Virus record (IMG/VR): IMGVR_UViG_3300001589_000005
Coordinates: 1-64,000 of that record
Length of the DNA stretch: 64,000 bases
Reading direction: 5' to 3' (one strand)
Source: an uncultured virus (IMG/VR IMGVR_UViG_3300001589_000005)
Lineage: Duplodnaviria; Heunggongvirae; Uroviricota; Caudoviricetes
The notes under the pieces are model-generated. The model ran no database searches, was not told the origin of the DNA, and worked only from the letters and a program-made list of their open reading frames with translations. Numbering within the stretch: position 1 is the stretch's first letter; every line of letters starts with the position of its first letter. The translations under genes were made by a program, and so were the position numbers. Below, one piece after another: positions 17,101 to 27,348 of this stretch.

Positions 17101-19170
17101 GACTTTATTGTAATGGATGGAACAAATAGTTCATCTCTTAATGTTGGACAAAATTTGATACTAGAACAACCAATTGATTTTTCAAATAAAGATGTCACTA
17201 TCACGGATTCTAGTGGTGCAACTGGAACAATTATTTTTGCTGATGTTGCCACTGGTACATTGAGTGTTGATACAACATCAACTGGTGTAGGGAATTATGT
17301 AACAATTGATAACTTGATTGGTGAGGATTTGATTCGTATTCAAGACTCATTCTATTATCAAGATTTTTCATATGAGGTTTCCGTTGGACAATCAACTGCA
17401 ACTTATATTAATCAACTTAAAAGAGCAGTCCATCCTGCTGGTTTTGCTCCATTTGGTAAAGTTAGTATTGCATCATTTGTTTCTGCAACTGTGGGAACAA
17501 CTGCGGCTGGTGTTGCTGGATACCTTGGTGATACTCAAACATTCACACCAGAACTTGCTTCTGTTCTTGAAACAATATTTGATCAAACAATTAAGAGAAG
17601 ATTAAAAGCTGGAAGTATGGTTATTGGTGCAGAGGATGACCAGATATTATTAGAGAATGGTGTGAAGGTTGATGAGGTACTTGCTCTTGAAGGTACAGAC
17701 ACAAATGTAGTAAGTGGTATGCCCTCTGACATTTCTATATTACTAGAAGATAGTTTACAGCCAAGTAACTATACTTATGCTGTTTCTCATTTAGTTCAAG
17801 AAGATGATTATCAAATACTTCACGAAACTGGTAGACATACAGATGAGTTTGATAATATCATAACAGAAGATAGTGCTCAAATACTCATGGAATTTGGAAG
17901 TCTTACTGGTGGTACTGCATTACTATATGAACCAAATCAATTTACTGCAAATGAAACTGGTGGCGGTAGAGTTATGTCCGAAAGTTCTTCTGCAAGTGGC
18001 AGTGATAATGAAACTATATTAACAAAAGAAATGAGAATAACACGATCAACTAAACCAATAAATCATGCTGCTAGAAACTTATTAACATATCTATATGATC
18101 ATCCTTTTGCTGTGGAACAAGCATACGGTGGAATACAAATGGAAAACAATTCCATTTTAGGTATGGAAGATGGAACAGATACAGACGGTGACGGTGATGC
18201 AGTAATAGATAATATACTTTTAGAAACTGGTGGACTTATAGTTGTAAATGATACAGCAGTTCGTCATGATGTAATTAGATTAGATGGTGAAGAACCTTTA
18301 CCTTCTGTTGCTTTCTTAGTAACTGAGGCTGGTGAAAATATCGTATTTGAACAAGATACTATTAATATAGGGTCTGGTAGAACATTACTTGAATCATCTA
18401 TCTTTACTTTTATTGCAGATCAAGTTAGAAATAGAAATGAAAAATTACTATTGTCTGAACCTACAAACGATGATACACTAACTCTTTCAGAAATAGGTGA
18501 TATACAGATTACAGAAATTGCAAGAAAGGGAAAAATATTACAAAATGGATTTGGCATTACTGGACAAAGTATTTCAATAGAAGATGTTGGTATTGCACTA
18601 GAAGAAGATGGTTTTATCTTGATGGATGGAACTGAAATAAGTGGTGTTGGTGATACTGCTTTTGCAGTAAATGAAAACTCATCAATACTGTTAGAAAATA
18701 TAACTGGTAAACACGAAAGAATAATACAAGAAACTGCTGGGGCAATAGTAGAAGAAGATACATCTTCATTGTCAACTATAGATTTAATTCAATTAGAAGA
18801 TTCTTTAAATGATGGTATTGGTGTTCCCCCTGCTATATTACTAGAAAATGAATATCTAAGATTGCGTGAAGATATTATTGTTCAAGAAGATGGAACAACT
18901 GCTGACGGTGGTAATATAGTTCTTGATGCAACAAGTACTGCTGCTGACGGCAATCCAGTAGATGAAAATGGAAAACTTGTACAAGAACAAGATACTGCTG
19001 ATATAGGTTCTGATAGAATAAATCATATCGTATTAGAAACATCAGACTATATCGCCAATGCTGGAGTTAAACCAATTGAAAATTATACCATGTCTGGGAG
19101 TATAAATACTAGTATAAGGAACATTCCAATCGTACAGCCTGCAATTATTACTTTAAAGAAGGTTTCATAA
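14116..19170 (+). CDS. gp7: baseplate wedge initiator gp7-like large structural protein
   Basis: Between gp6 and gp8; YSAKGTSEGHKLFMRLL and IQDSFYYQDFSY...HPAGF motifs; internal YYYCTNHSGMG domain. Confidence 0.8.
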   Translation: MSEKSSKFLGKISPLVEGQFPDFVKDENKLFVKFVQDYYKFLEAGKMELTAAVDYIKYETETISYILNDEGDRIVAEQGAGTVGNFTNGETIIGSSSNAIAEVIVEDVRNGTIYISSHQKFETGETITGQTSGATGVLKRYRANPVQNIQQLLDYADVDNTIFDFLNKFRDSFMEAIPNTLATGTAKRNLIKSIRDLYSAKGTSEGHKLFMRLLLGESASIFYPTQYMLRVSNGDWRQKTTMRVETIGSSADEIVNQVITGSTSFATAIVVDTITFQQGSVSVTELEIDSVVGTFQTDELITAISTLTDVPANFRIKAIVSSADLGTSGALYVDNEIIDAEALGNDFADVRVDGIKSGGVTSIEIDATGADYQVGDKVTFTANAVDTDVSDASGFVTVTGGGIANEDSSGDIIILEDDTSVSTENFDILLESRLEDRFIGDGTTTAFTLSTVPSTDTLTVLVDNVVTTAYTQSGSTITFTTAPKNLSTIFIKGNPQDYLLLDRTDSSGTDTGFRIQTNQQIEVVDTFGTDNDQIVLEDGSMGAEFGQIKKIFIENKGDGYTRLPTVSVSSTFGTGADLTSLSTEIGKIQAIKISDSGFNYTVSNAPVIEPRAHFVLKDVSGTFALGNTLTTNGHTGTVQSFDTGTKLLTTTFENEERIIHEQKGSTFQDSIELEGNTGDNLSSRLFLEDEQDFDGGDNIVLDGTSIKAPINQTFVLKVKKYSELNEDGVSVNRFMINESKRPELALYEGNTYYFDLSDPSLYSDNTSVNAHQLRFSTTPDGTHASGTAFTDGVTESVITLIPIGTAGSFIQIVVPTNAPNLYYYCTNHSGMGNTILTPQLQSVVLDEGGNILTDGLSKHEFNIRLEDAINYTGFGIIEFEEDAGFIQGRLDLEDKSKILLESSSELSGGGIELEDAVGKVKAGFNYNVGGVQLEESISSFVQGIGEKIVMDRYREINPGSVFIVQENGDPLLGEDFGFNLTLEDNDQFLLDDETADFIVMDGTNSSSLNVGQNLILEQPIDFSNKDVTITDSSGATGTIIFADVATGTLSVDTTSTGVGNYVTIDNLIGEDLIRIQDSFYYQDFSYEVSVGQSTATYINQLKRAVHPAGFAPFGKVSIASFVSATVGTTAAGVAGYLGDTQTFTPELASVLETIFDQTIKRRLKAGSMVIGAEDDQILLENGVKVDEVLALEGTDTNVVSGMPSDISILLEDSLQPSNYTYAVSHLVQEDDYQILHETGRHTDEFDNIITEDSAQILMEFGSLTGGTALLYEPNQFTANETGGGRVMSESSSASGSDNETILTKEMRITRSTKPINHAARNLLTYLYDHPFAVEQAYGGIQMENNSILGMEDGTDTDGDGDAVIDNILLETGGLIVVNDTAVRHDVIRLDGEEPLPSVAFLVTEAGENIVFEQDTINIGSGRTLLESSIFTFIADQVRNRNEKLLLSEPTNDDTLTLSEIGDIQITEIARKGKILQNGFGITGQSISIEDVGIALEEDGFILMDGTEISGVGDTAFAVNENSSILLENITGKHERIIQETAGAIVEEDTSSLSTIDLIQLEDSLNDGIGVPPAILLENEYLRLREDIIVQEDGTTADGGNIVLDATSTAADGNPVDENGKLVQEQDTADIGSDRINHIVLETSDYIANAGVKPIENYTMSGSINTSIRNIPIVQPAIITLKKVS

Positions 19171-19183
19171 GATGGAAATGTGT

Positions 19184-19191
19184 TATAAATA
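19184..19191 (+). promoter_or_regulatory. T4-type late promoter
   Basis: TATAAATA upstream of gp8 (a second copy at 19101). Confidence 0.75.
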
Positions 19192-19209
19192 TATACAAAG
19201 GATTAAAAA

Positions 19210-20709
19210 ATGTCGGCAATAATCACGGAAAAATTTAGACAGCATAATGCTAATCAGTTTCACGAATCATTTACTGAAGCAGCTGCATCAACGTATTACC
19301 TATTCATAGGTAAAGCAACACCATTCACTTCTGGTACAACTGGTGGAAACGATACTATTCCCCCAACACCAGCAGACGATATAAGTTCAGAGTTCTATAG
19401 ATGGGATTCTATGATTGCAGCTAAACAGATTGGATCAACTGATATATCTTTTGCTTTACCAAGAACAAATTGGGTAAACGGAACTGTTTACTCTATGTAC
19501 AAAGATAATATATCTGCATCAAACTTATCTGCCAATGGTGCAACAAATCTCTTTGACTCAAACTTTTATTTCATAACCTCTGCATTTAGAGTATACAAAA
19601 TATTAGATAATAACTCTGGGGCTTCATACTCTGGTTCTGAACCGACATCAGAATCAACATCAACATTTGCCCTAGGTGGTTATGTCCTTAAATATATGTA
19701 CACCGTTTCTGCATCAGATGCTACTAAGTTTCTTACCACAGACTATATGCCTGTGTCTACAAACTCAACTGTGAGTGCAGCTGCAGTAGATGGTAAGATT
19801 GAAAGTCTTTCTGTAACTGGTGGTTCTGGTTATACAGACGGAACTTACTACGCTGCTGTTTATGGAGATGGAACAAGTGCTGGAACAGCTTCTGGTGCGA
19901 TTGTCTCAATCAAAGTTAGTGGTGGTGCAATCCAAGGATTTGGATTATCCTCTGGAACAGATACAATTTTACACGCTGGTGGAAATGGGTATACTTTTGG
20001 TTCTGTTAATTTAGGGTCTGCATATATCTTTTCTGACACTGCATTAACATCTTCTTCTTCATTAGGTAGTGGTTCTGGTGGTGCTGTAAATGTTATCATA
20101 AGTCCAAAAAGTGGACACGGTAATGATGCTGTCGCAGAGTTAGGTGGACACTATGTGATGACAAATACCACACTAACACAAGCAGAGAATGATGATATTA
20201 CAACTGCAAACGATTTCAGAGAAGTAGGAATAGTTGTAGATCCAACAACTTTTGGAACATCAACCATTTCTTCAATTGCAACTGGAAGAATGACATATGT
20301 TGTAAAAATGTCAACATCGTCTGGAACTTTCGATGTGGATGAAACAATAACACAAGCAACTACTGGTGCTGTAGGTAGAGTTGTAGAATGGGATTCTGCT
20401 AGAAGTCTACTTTATTATCACCAAGAAAGATTTGGTTCTTATGGAACAAATTCTACAACTGGTGCTTATGCTGCTTTTTCTGGAACAACAACTGTAACTG
20501 GTGGAACTTCCGGCGCAACTGGAACACCATCAAACACTGCAAGTGAAACTGTTACCTTGGCTAATTCTAATACCTTAACCTTAACAAGTGGGTATGCAAA
20601 TCCAGAGTTACAACCAGATAGTGGTAATATTGTATACTTAGAAAATAGAAAACCTATTCAAAGATCAAGTGACCAAACAGAAGATATAAAAATAATAATT
20701 GAATTTTAA
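19210..20709 (+). CDS. gp8: baseplate wedge subunit gp8
   Basis: MSAIITEKFR...KYMYTV...YLENRKPIQRSSDQTEDIKIIIEF. Confidence 0.93.
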   Translation: MSAIITEKFRQHNANQFHESFTEAAASTYYLFIGKATPFTSGTTGGNDTIPPTPADDISSEFYRWDSMIAAKQIGSTDISFALPRTNWVNGTVYSMYKDNISASNLSANGATNLFDSNFYFITSAFRVYKILDNNSGASYSGSEPTSESTSTFALGGYVLKYMYTVSASDATKFLTTDYMPVSTNSTVSAAAVDGKIESLSVTGGSGYTDGTYYAAVYGDGTSAGTASGAIVSIKVSGGAIQGFGLSSGTDTILHAGGNGYTFGSVNLGSAYIFSDTALTSSSSLGSGSGGAVNVIISPKSGHGNDAVAELGGHYVMTNTTLTQAENDDITTANDFREVGIVVDPTTFGTSTISSIATGRMTYVVKMSTSSGTFDVDETITQATTGAVGRVVEWDSARSLLYYHQERFGSYGTNSTTGAYAAFSGTTTVTGGTSGATGTPSNTASETVTLANSNTLTLTSGYANPELQPDSGNIVYLENRKPIQRSSDQTEDIKIIIEF

Positions 20710-20720
20710 AGGATTAGTTA

Positions 20721-23700
20721 ATGGCTCAACTTACCGACCTCAATGTATCACCTTACTACGATGACTTTAGTAAGGATAAAGATTTTCATAGAATTTTATT
20801 TCGCCCTGGCTTTGCTGTTCAGGCGAGAGAGTTAACTACTCTACAATCTATTTTACAAAATCAAATCGAACAACATGGTAATCACATGTTTAAAGAAGGA
20901 ACTGTGGTTATTCCTGGCCAACTTTCTTTGATGATGAATTTTCAAACACTACAGTTAAACGGAACATTTGCTAATGAAACCATTAATCCAAGTTCATTCT
21001 ATAATGCAACTAATAACGTAGTTGTAACTGGACAAACCTCTGGTGTTACTGCTAAAGTTGTAGGATTTCAAATTGCAACTTCAACAACTCAACCTATGTT
21101 ATATGTTCAATACGTTAATACTGGAACAGATGGTACAACTCAAAGATTTGCAAATGGAGAGAACTTAACTGCAAATGCTGGTATTACTCACACCACAACA
21201 TATGCTGCTAATAATGCTTCTGCAACTGTATACTCACCAATTGATAACACTACTGCTTCACAAAGTGGAACAGCGGTTGAACTACAAGAAGGTGTCTATT
21301 ACATTAGAGGACAGTTTGTAAGATGTGCTCCTCAAAGATTAGTATTATCTACGAATACAACAACTGTAACTGCAAGAGTAGGTTTTACAATTACAGAAAC
21401 ATTACAAACACCAGAGACAGACACTTCACTTACAGATAATGCAACTGGTTCATCTAACTATGCTGCTAAAGGTGCTCATAGATTAAAAATTACTTTAACT
21501 CTTGCTACAAAATCAACCACTGCAACTGATGATACTAATTTTGTTGAATTGATGAGAATTGATAATGGACAGTTGGTTGGACAAGCTAGAGTTACCGAAT
21601 ATGATGTATTAGGAGATACTCTTGCAAGAAGAACTTTTGATGAAAGTGGTTCATATACGGTAAGACCTTTTAACTTTGATATGAGAGAAAGCACTAACAT
21701 CACTGCAAGAAATACTAATTATCAAGGTGTGTTCCAAGGAAAAACTACTACAGATGATGGTGGTACACCAGCAGAAAGTTTACTTGCTCTTTCTTGTTCG
21801 CCTGGCAAAGCATATGTCAAGGGTTATGAATTAGAAAAGATATCACCTACCTTTAAGGACTTAACTAAAGCAAGAGATTTTAATACTGTTAATACTGGTG
21901 TCCTTACACATGAGATTGGAAACTTTTGTCAAATAACAAATTTATTTGGACAACCAGATATCACATTTATTTCTGGTGAATCCACTGCATACAAAACAGT
22001 AGGATTATTTGATGATAAAATTACAACTAACGGAGCATCTTCTGGTAATCAGATTGGTGTTGCTCGTGCAAAAGCAATTGAATATCGTACTGGTGTTGTA
22101 GGAACTTCTGCCGCTGTTTACGATTTATATTTGTGGGATGTTAGACCTTTCACAAAACTTACGTTAAGTGGAACACCTAGTGCAACACTTTTATCAAATC
22201 ATTCAAGTGGTGGTGTTCAAGTAACTGGTGCTACATCTGCTGCAACTGGATTTATATTCGCTTCTGGAACTGGGGCAGATAAAGTTGTTCTTACAAATGT
22301 TATTGGTACTTTTACAGTTGGTGAAAAAATAAAAGCATCAGATTCTGCTGAGACAGATTCAGTCGTGGAAAATTCTGGTAACACAGATTTAACTATTTCA
22401 GAAGTTGTTACACATACATTTAGAGATACAAGATCTGTGTTTATGGATGATACTGACTCTGGGCAAGATTTTACAGCAGATGCTGTTTTGATACCATCAG
22501 AAATTTCAACTGGACAAATTGTATTTAATGCTTCGGATGCTAATGGTGCAGACTCTAACGACAATATCGTTCTAGAAGAAGATAACTCAACTACAATTGC
22601 ATTGGAAGTTGAAAAGATTGCAACTCTACAAAATACAGAAAAAAATATTTCAATATTTAAACTACCAAAGAGAGTTATTAAAACTCTTTTAACCACATCA
22701 AATAATGGTGCAACGGATACCTCGTTGACAGTTCGTAGACAGTTTATAGGAACTTGTTCATCGTCTGGTGCTGTGTCATTTACTGCTGGTTCAAATGAAA
22801 CCTTTGCTGCTTTTGCCGAAAAAGATTATACACTAACAATATTAAGTGCTGGTGCTGGAACTGGTGTCCAAGGACAAGTAGTAAGTGTTGATGGTAACAT
22901 TGCTGGAACTGGAACGGCTTCAATAACAGTTACAGATAATACAGTTTTAGGTAATGGTGCAAAAGTAAAAATTACTGCAACTATATTTAAATCAAATGTT
23001 AATCAAAGAATTAAAACTACCAGTTTAATGAAACAAGTTAAAGTAGCAACTGGTGCTACAGATGCATATGGAACAAGGCCTGGGGATAAAGAAATTTCAC
23101 TAGGACGTGCCGATGCATTTAAGTTAGTTGCTGTGTATGACTCAGAGGCTACTGCTTCTGCTGCAGCTGCTCCACAAATGACTATTACTGCTACAGTAGG
23201 AAACTTTACTAGAGGAGAAATTATTAGAGGTGGAACTAGTGGTGCTGTTGCGAGAAATATATCTACATCTAGTCCTATGCAATATGTATTAACACAAGGT
23301 GTAGGTGCTACAGATTTTCAAAGTGGTGAAGTTATCACTGGTGAAAGTTCTGGCGCTACTGCAACTGTAGGAACTATAACTGGTGGTTCAAAAATTATCA
23401 CCAGTAACTATGTTCTTGATACTGGACAAAGAGATAACTTTTATGATATTTCTAGAATTGTAAGAAAGGTTGGAGTATCACCACCCAGAGGACAATTACT
23501 TATTGTATTTGATTTCTTTGGTCACGGTGCAGGCGAATTTTTTAGTGTAGACTCTTATTCAGATGCTTCTGGACAAATGGGTTATGGTAATATTCCATCT
23601 TATACTGCAACGAGAGTTGATCCAGACGAACCAGAACCAACTGGTTTATTTCCTTTAACAGATTCAATTGACTTTAGACCTACGGTAGAAAATATCGCTG

Positions 23701-26700
23701 GTACAAGTGAAACACTTGCAACTGTAGATGAAATTACTGGAAAGTCTTTTGACTTTTTCCATAGACAGTATGATGGAACTGGTGCATCACCAATTGATAC
23801 ACCAAAACCAGCTAGTAATGTTACTGTAGATTTTGAATATTATCTTGGTAGAATGGCTTTACTATTCTTAGATGACCAAGGAGAATTTAGAATACAAAAT
23901 GGTGTTTCTGCTGAAAGACCACAAGAACCAAAACCATTAGAAAATGCTCTAAAACTTGCGACTATAACTTTGAACCCATATACCTTTACACCAGATGATG
24001 CAATAATTATAAGACACAAGACACAAAGATTTACCATGGCTGACATTGGTAGATTAAAAAAGAGATTAGAAACCGTAGAATATTATACTGCTTTATCTCT
24101 GTTAGAAAGAGATGCAGAGTCATTTGAGGTTACAGATAAAAATGGTTTGAATAGATTTAAGTCTGGATTTGTAGTTGATAACTTTGGTGGACATAGAGTT
24201 GGAGATGCAAAACATGGTGATTATAAAATTGCCATGGATCAAATTGAAAATGAAATGAGACCTAAATGTGTAATGAGAAATGCGAAGTTATCTGAATCAG
24301 TCGCTACAGACGCTGAAAGAACTGCTGCTAGTTATAGGAAAACTGGTGACATAATTACACTTCCATACACAGATGCTTCTTTTGCATCACAACCATATGC
24401 AACAAGAGTTGAAAATGTTCAACCCCATTTAATATATCAATGGGTAGGACAAATTGCTCTTACACCTACTGGTGATGAGTGGTTTGAAACAGAACTAGTT
24501 CCACCACTAATTGTTAATGTTGAGGGTAACTATGATACAGTTCTTGCTGGTGTAGGAAATGCATTGGGAACTATTTGGAACTCATGGGAAACTCAATGGA
24601 GTGGTGTTGTTGCTACAAGAACAGATCGTTTTAGAAACAATAACTTTGATGTCACAAGAACAATTCAAACAACAAGAACAGATTTAAGAAGAACTGGACT
24701 AGTTACAGATGTTGTTGAACAGATTGATGAAGAATCACAAGGTACTAAAGTTATATCAAGAGCCATGATTCCTTGGTTAAGAGCTAACGATATAGAATTT
24801 GTAGGTAAAGCATTTAAACCAAAGACTAGATTATATCCTTTCTTTGATGGTGTGGATGTAAGTAGGTTTATCACACCAAAGAATACCAATTTTACTACAG
24901 ACACTACACCAGTTGCTGGTTCACCATTATTTACAGATGCTGTTGGTAGTGTAGATGGAACATTTAACATACCAGAATCAAGATTTGCTGGACAAGGTAG
25001 TAATCCAAGATTTAAAACTGGTGAATTAGAATTTAGGTTATCATCGTCAACGGTCAATCAAAGACTACCACAGCCTGTAACTGCTGCTCAAACAATTTAT
25101 AGTGCAAAAGGTATTTTAGAAACAGAACAAGAAACTATTGTTGCAACTAGAAATGCTATTGTAGTTCAAACCGATGTTTCACAAACAACAAGTAGAAATA
25201 GCACAGCTACTTCTGTTAGTAGACGCCCAGTACCACAACCACCCCAAGAAAGTGGTGATGATGGGTTTTCCGGCGAGCCGGGCCCCGATCCACTTGCACA
25301 AACTTTTATGGTAAATACAGCTGATACTGTTGATACTGGTGCCTTTATTACTAAAATAGATTTGTTCTTCCAAAAGAAAGATACAGATTTACCAGTTTGG
25401 GTAGAAATTAGAAATGTTGTAAATGGGTATCCAGGCTCAAAGATTTTACCTTTTGGTAGAAAAGTTTTGAATGCTTCAGAGGTAAATGTTTCTGATAATG
25501 CTACAACAGCAACTACATTTACATTTGACTCACCAGTTTATTTAAAACCAAATCTAGAATATTGTTTCGTAGTACAAACACATAGTTTAGATTATTTGAT
25601 GTGGATATCACAATTAGGTGAATTAGATGTTTCTGGTTCTAATAGACTTGTGTCTAAACAACCTACTCTTGGTGTATTATTTAAATCACAAAACAATCGT
25701 GCTTGGTCTTCAACACCTATGCAAGATGCTAAGTTTACTTTGTATCGTGCAAAGTTTAGTAATGGACAAACTGGACGAGTAACTCTACATAATACTGGAA
25801 TACCTAGTAAGAGATTAAAACCAAATCCAATTACACTAACTAATAGTTCTGCCGTTGCGATTGTAAAACACGAAGATCATGGTATGTATCAGGCTTCTAA
25901 TAACGTAACTATATCTGGTGTAACTTCTGGGATATCTACAACACTCAATACTGCTTTAACAGCTGCAGACACTACAGTAGTTCTTGCTTCCTCAACTAAC
26001 TTTCCTTCAAGTGGTACAGTGTTCTTGAAAATTGGTGATGAGATTATGAGTGGTTCGATATCTGGCGTAAATGTAACTTCTGTAACTAGAGGTGTAGATT
26101 CAACTACTGCCGCTGTCCATAATGCTGGTGTTACGATTGAGTTGTACATGATACAATCTGTTCCATTAACGGAAATTAATAAGACACATACTGCAATTGC
26201 AAATATTGGTATGAATAGTTATACCGTTGGTTTATCGACAAATGCTTCCATAAGTGGTGACTCAACAACTGCTGATGTTGGTGGAGTGTCAATATTCGCA
26301 ACAGAAAATTATAGATATGAATTAATAAAACCAGTTGTATCAACACTAGAATTACCTAGAACTACTATTATATCAAAAATACGAACAACTTCTGCAAGAA
26401 GTCCAAGTGGTTCTGAAAGTTCTTTTGTAACAACTGCCTCTGGTTCTGAACAACAAGTTTCTCTAAATGAGAACTTTGAGTTTGATAGTTGCAGAATGGT
26501 TGCATCTACGATTAATGAAACTAACGAAATGTCTGCAAAGAAATCAACTTTCTTAACTTTAGAAATGACTTCTGATACAGATACATTATCACCAGTTGTT
26601 GACTTAGATAGGGCTTCATTAGTTTGTGTTGGAAATCAACTTAATAATATTGACAGTTCAAGTGATGTTCATCCAACTACTGATTATAATCCAATGACAT

Positions 26701-27098
26701 CACCAGAAGGTGATCAGAACGCCGCAATATATATTACTAAAAAAGTTGCACTTGAAAATCCTGCCACTGCGATAAAAGTTATCTTTGCCGCTCACAGACA
26801 TTCAAGTGCAGAAATAAAAGTATTGTTTAAAGTACTAAGAACAGATGATGCTTCTGACTTTGACGAATTAGCATATACTTTCTTTAATACAGACGGTTCA
26901 CCAGATACGGCTGTAGGTGCTTCATTGGATGACGATGACTTCCAAGAATACAAATTTACTGCTGGTGTTACGGATGATGGAATTGGTGAACCATTGTCAT
27001 CATTTATCCAGTTTGCAATTAAAATAGTTATACAAGGAACAAATGCTGCTGAACCACCACGAATTAAAGATCTTAGGGCATTAGCATTGGCGACATAA
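20721..27098 (+). CDS. large virion structural protein (VrlC/DUF4815-like)
   Basis: LNVSPYYDDF...RILFRPGFAVQARELTTLQSILQNQ; RFKSGFVVDNF; DPLAQTF; PRIKDLRALALA. Confidence 0.88.
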   Translation: MAQLTDLNVSPYYDDFSKDKDFHRILFRPGFAVQARELTTLQSILQNQIEQHGNHMFKEGTVVIPGQLSLMMNFQTLQLNGTFANETINPSSFYNATNNVVVTGQTSGVTAKVVGFQIATSTTQPMLYVQYVNTGTDGTTQRFANGENLTANAGITHTTTYAANNASATVYSPIDNTTASQSGTAVELQEGVYYIRGQFVRCAPQRLVLSTNTTTVTARVGFTITETLQTPETDTSLTDNATGSSNYAAKGAHRLKITLTLATKSTTATDDTNFVELMRIDNGQLVGQARVTEYDVLGDTLARRTFDESGSYTVRPFNFDMRESTNITARNTNYQGVFQGKTTTDDGGTPAESLLALSCSPGKAYVKGYELEKISPTFKDLTKARDFNTVNTGVLTHEIGNFCQITNLFGQPDITFISGESTAYKTVGLFDDKITTNGASSGNQIGVARAKAIEYRTGVVGTSAAVYDLYLWDVRPFTKLTLSGTPSATLLSNHSSGGVQVTGATSAATGFIFASGTGADKVVLTNVIGTFTVGEKIKASDSAETDSVVENSGNTDLTISEVVTHTFRDTRSVFMDDTDSGQDFTADAVLIPSEISTGQIVFNASDANGADSNDNIVLEEDNSTTIALEVEKIATLQNTEKNISIFKLPKRVIKTLLTTSNNGATDTSLTVRRQFIGTCSSSGAVSFTAGSNETFAAFAEKDYTLTILSAGAGTGVQGQVVSVDGNIAGTGTASITVTDNTVLGNGAKVKITATIFKSNVNQRIKTTSLMKQVKVATGATDAYGTRPGDKEISLGRADAFKLVAVYDSEATASAAAAPQMTITATVGNFTRGEIIRGGTSGAVARNISTSSPMQYVLTQGVGATDFQSGEVITGESSGATATVGTITGGSKIITSNYVLDTGQRDNFYDISRIVRKVGVSPPRGQLLIVFDFFGHGAGEFFSVDSYSDASGQMGYGNIPSYTATRVDPDEPEPTGLFPLTDSIDFRPTVENIAGTSETLATVDEITGKSFDFFHRQYDGTGASPIDTPKPASNVTVDFEYYLGRMALLFLDDQGEFRIQNGVSAERPQEPKPLENALKLATITLNPYTFTPDDAIIIRHKTQRFTMADIGRLKKRLETVEYYTALSLLERDAESFEVTDKNGLNRFKSGFVVDNFGGHRVGDAKHGDYKIAMDQIENEMRPKCVMRNAKLSESVATDAERTAASYRKTGDIITLPYTDASFASQPYATRVENVQPHLIYQWVGQIALTPTGDEWFETELVPPLIVNVEGNYDTVLAGVGNALGTIWNSWETQWSGVVATRTDRFRNNNFDVTRTIQTTRTDLRRTGLVTDVVEQIDEESQGTKVISRAMIPWLRANDIEFVGKAFKPKTRLYPFFDGVDVSRFITPKNTNFTTDTTPVAGSPLFTDAVGSVDGTFNIPESRFAGQGSNPRFKTGELEFRLSSSTVNQRLPQPVTAAQTIYSAKGILETEQETIVATRNAIVVQTDVSQTTSRNSTATSVSRRPVPQPPQESGDDGFSGEPGPDPLAQTFMVNTADTVDTGAFITKIDLFFQKKDTDLPVWVEIRNVVNGYPGSKILPFGRKVLNASEVNVSDNATTATTFTFDSPVYLKPNLEYCFVVQTHSLDYLMWISQLGELDVSGSNRLVSKQPTLGVLFKSQNNRAWSSTPMQDAKFTLYRAKFSNGQTGRVTLHNTGIPSKRLKPNPITLTNSSAVAIVKHEDHGMYQASNNVTISGVTSGISTTLNTALTAADTTVVLASSTNFPSSGTVFLKIGDEIMSGSISGVNVTSVTRGVDSTTAAVHNAGVTIELYMIQSVPLTEINKTHTAIANIGMNSYTVGLSTNASISGDSTTADVGGVSIFATENYRYELIKPVVSTLELPRTTIISKIRTTSARSPSGSESSFVTTASGSEQQVSLNENFEFDSCRMVASTINETNEMSAKKSTFLTLEMTSDTDTLSPVVDLDRASLVCVGNQLNNIDSSSDVHPTTDYNPMTSPEGDQNAAIYITKKVALENPATAIKVIFAAHRHSSAEIKVLFKVLRTDDASDFDELAYTFFNTDGSPDTAVGASLDDDDFQEYKFTAGVTDDGIGEPLSSFIQFAIKIVIQGTNAAEPPRIKDLRALALAT

Positions 27099-27099
27099 T

Positions 27100-27348
27100 A
27101 TGAGTGAACATACATATGTAAAAGTAGAAGGACACACCCACCTAGTTAGAGATACTAGTAGTGGGGCGATAATTAATACAAATAGAAGTGCTTATGAAAA
27201 AGCAATTGCAAGATCTAATGAAGCACAACAACAAAGAGATGAATTTCGTAGTGCTCAAAGGGAGATAAATAATTTAAAGTGTGAGATGCATGAAATCAAA
27301 AACTTGTTAAAACAATTAGTAGGAAACGCAGATGGCAATAACGTCTAA
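27100..27348 (+). CDS. conserved hypothetical coiled-coil protein
   Basis: VKVEGHTHLVRDTSSGAIIN...EINNLKCEMHEIKNLL, typical downstream of VrlC-like genes. Confidence 0.8.
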   Translation: MSEHTYVKVEGHTHLVRDTSSGAIINTNRSAYEKAIARSNEAQQQRDEFRSAQREINNLKCEMHEIKNLLKQLVGNADGNNV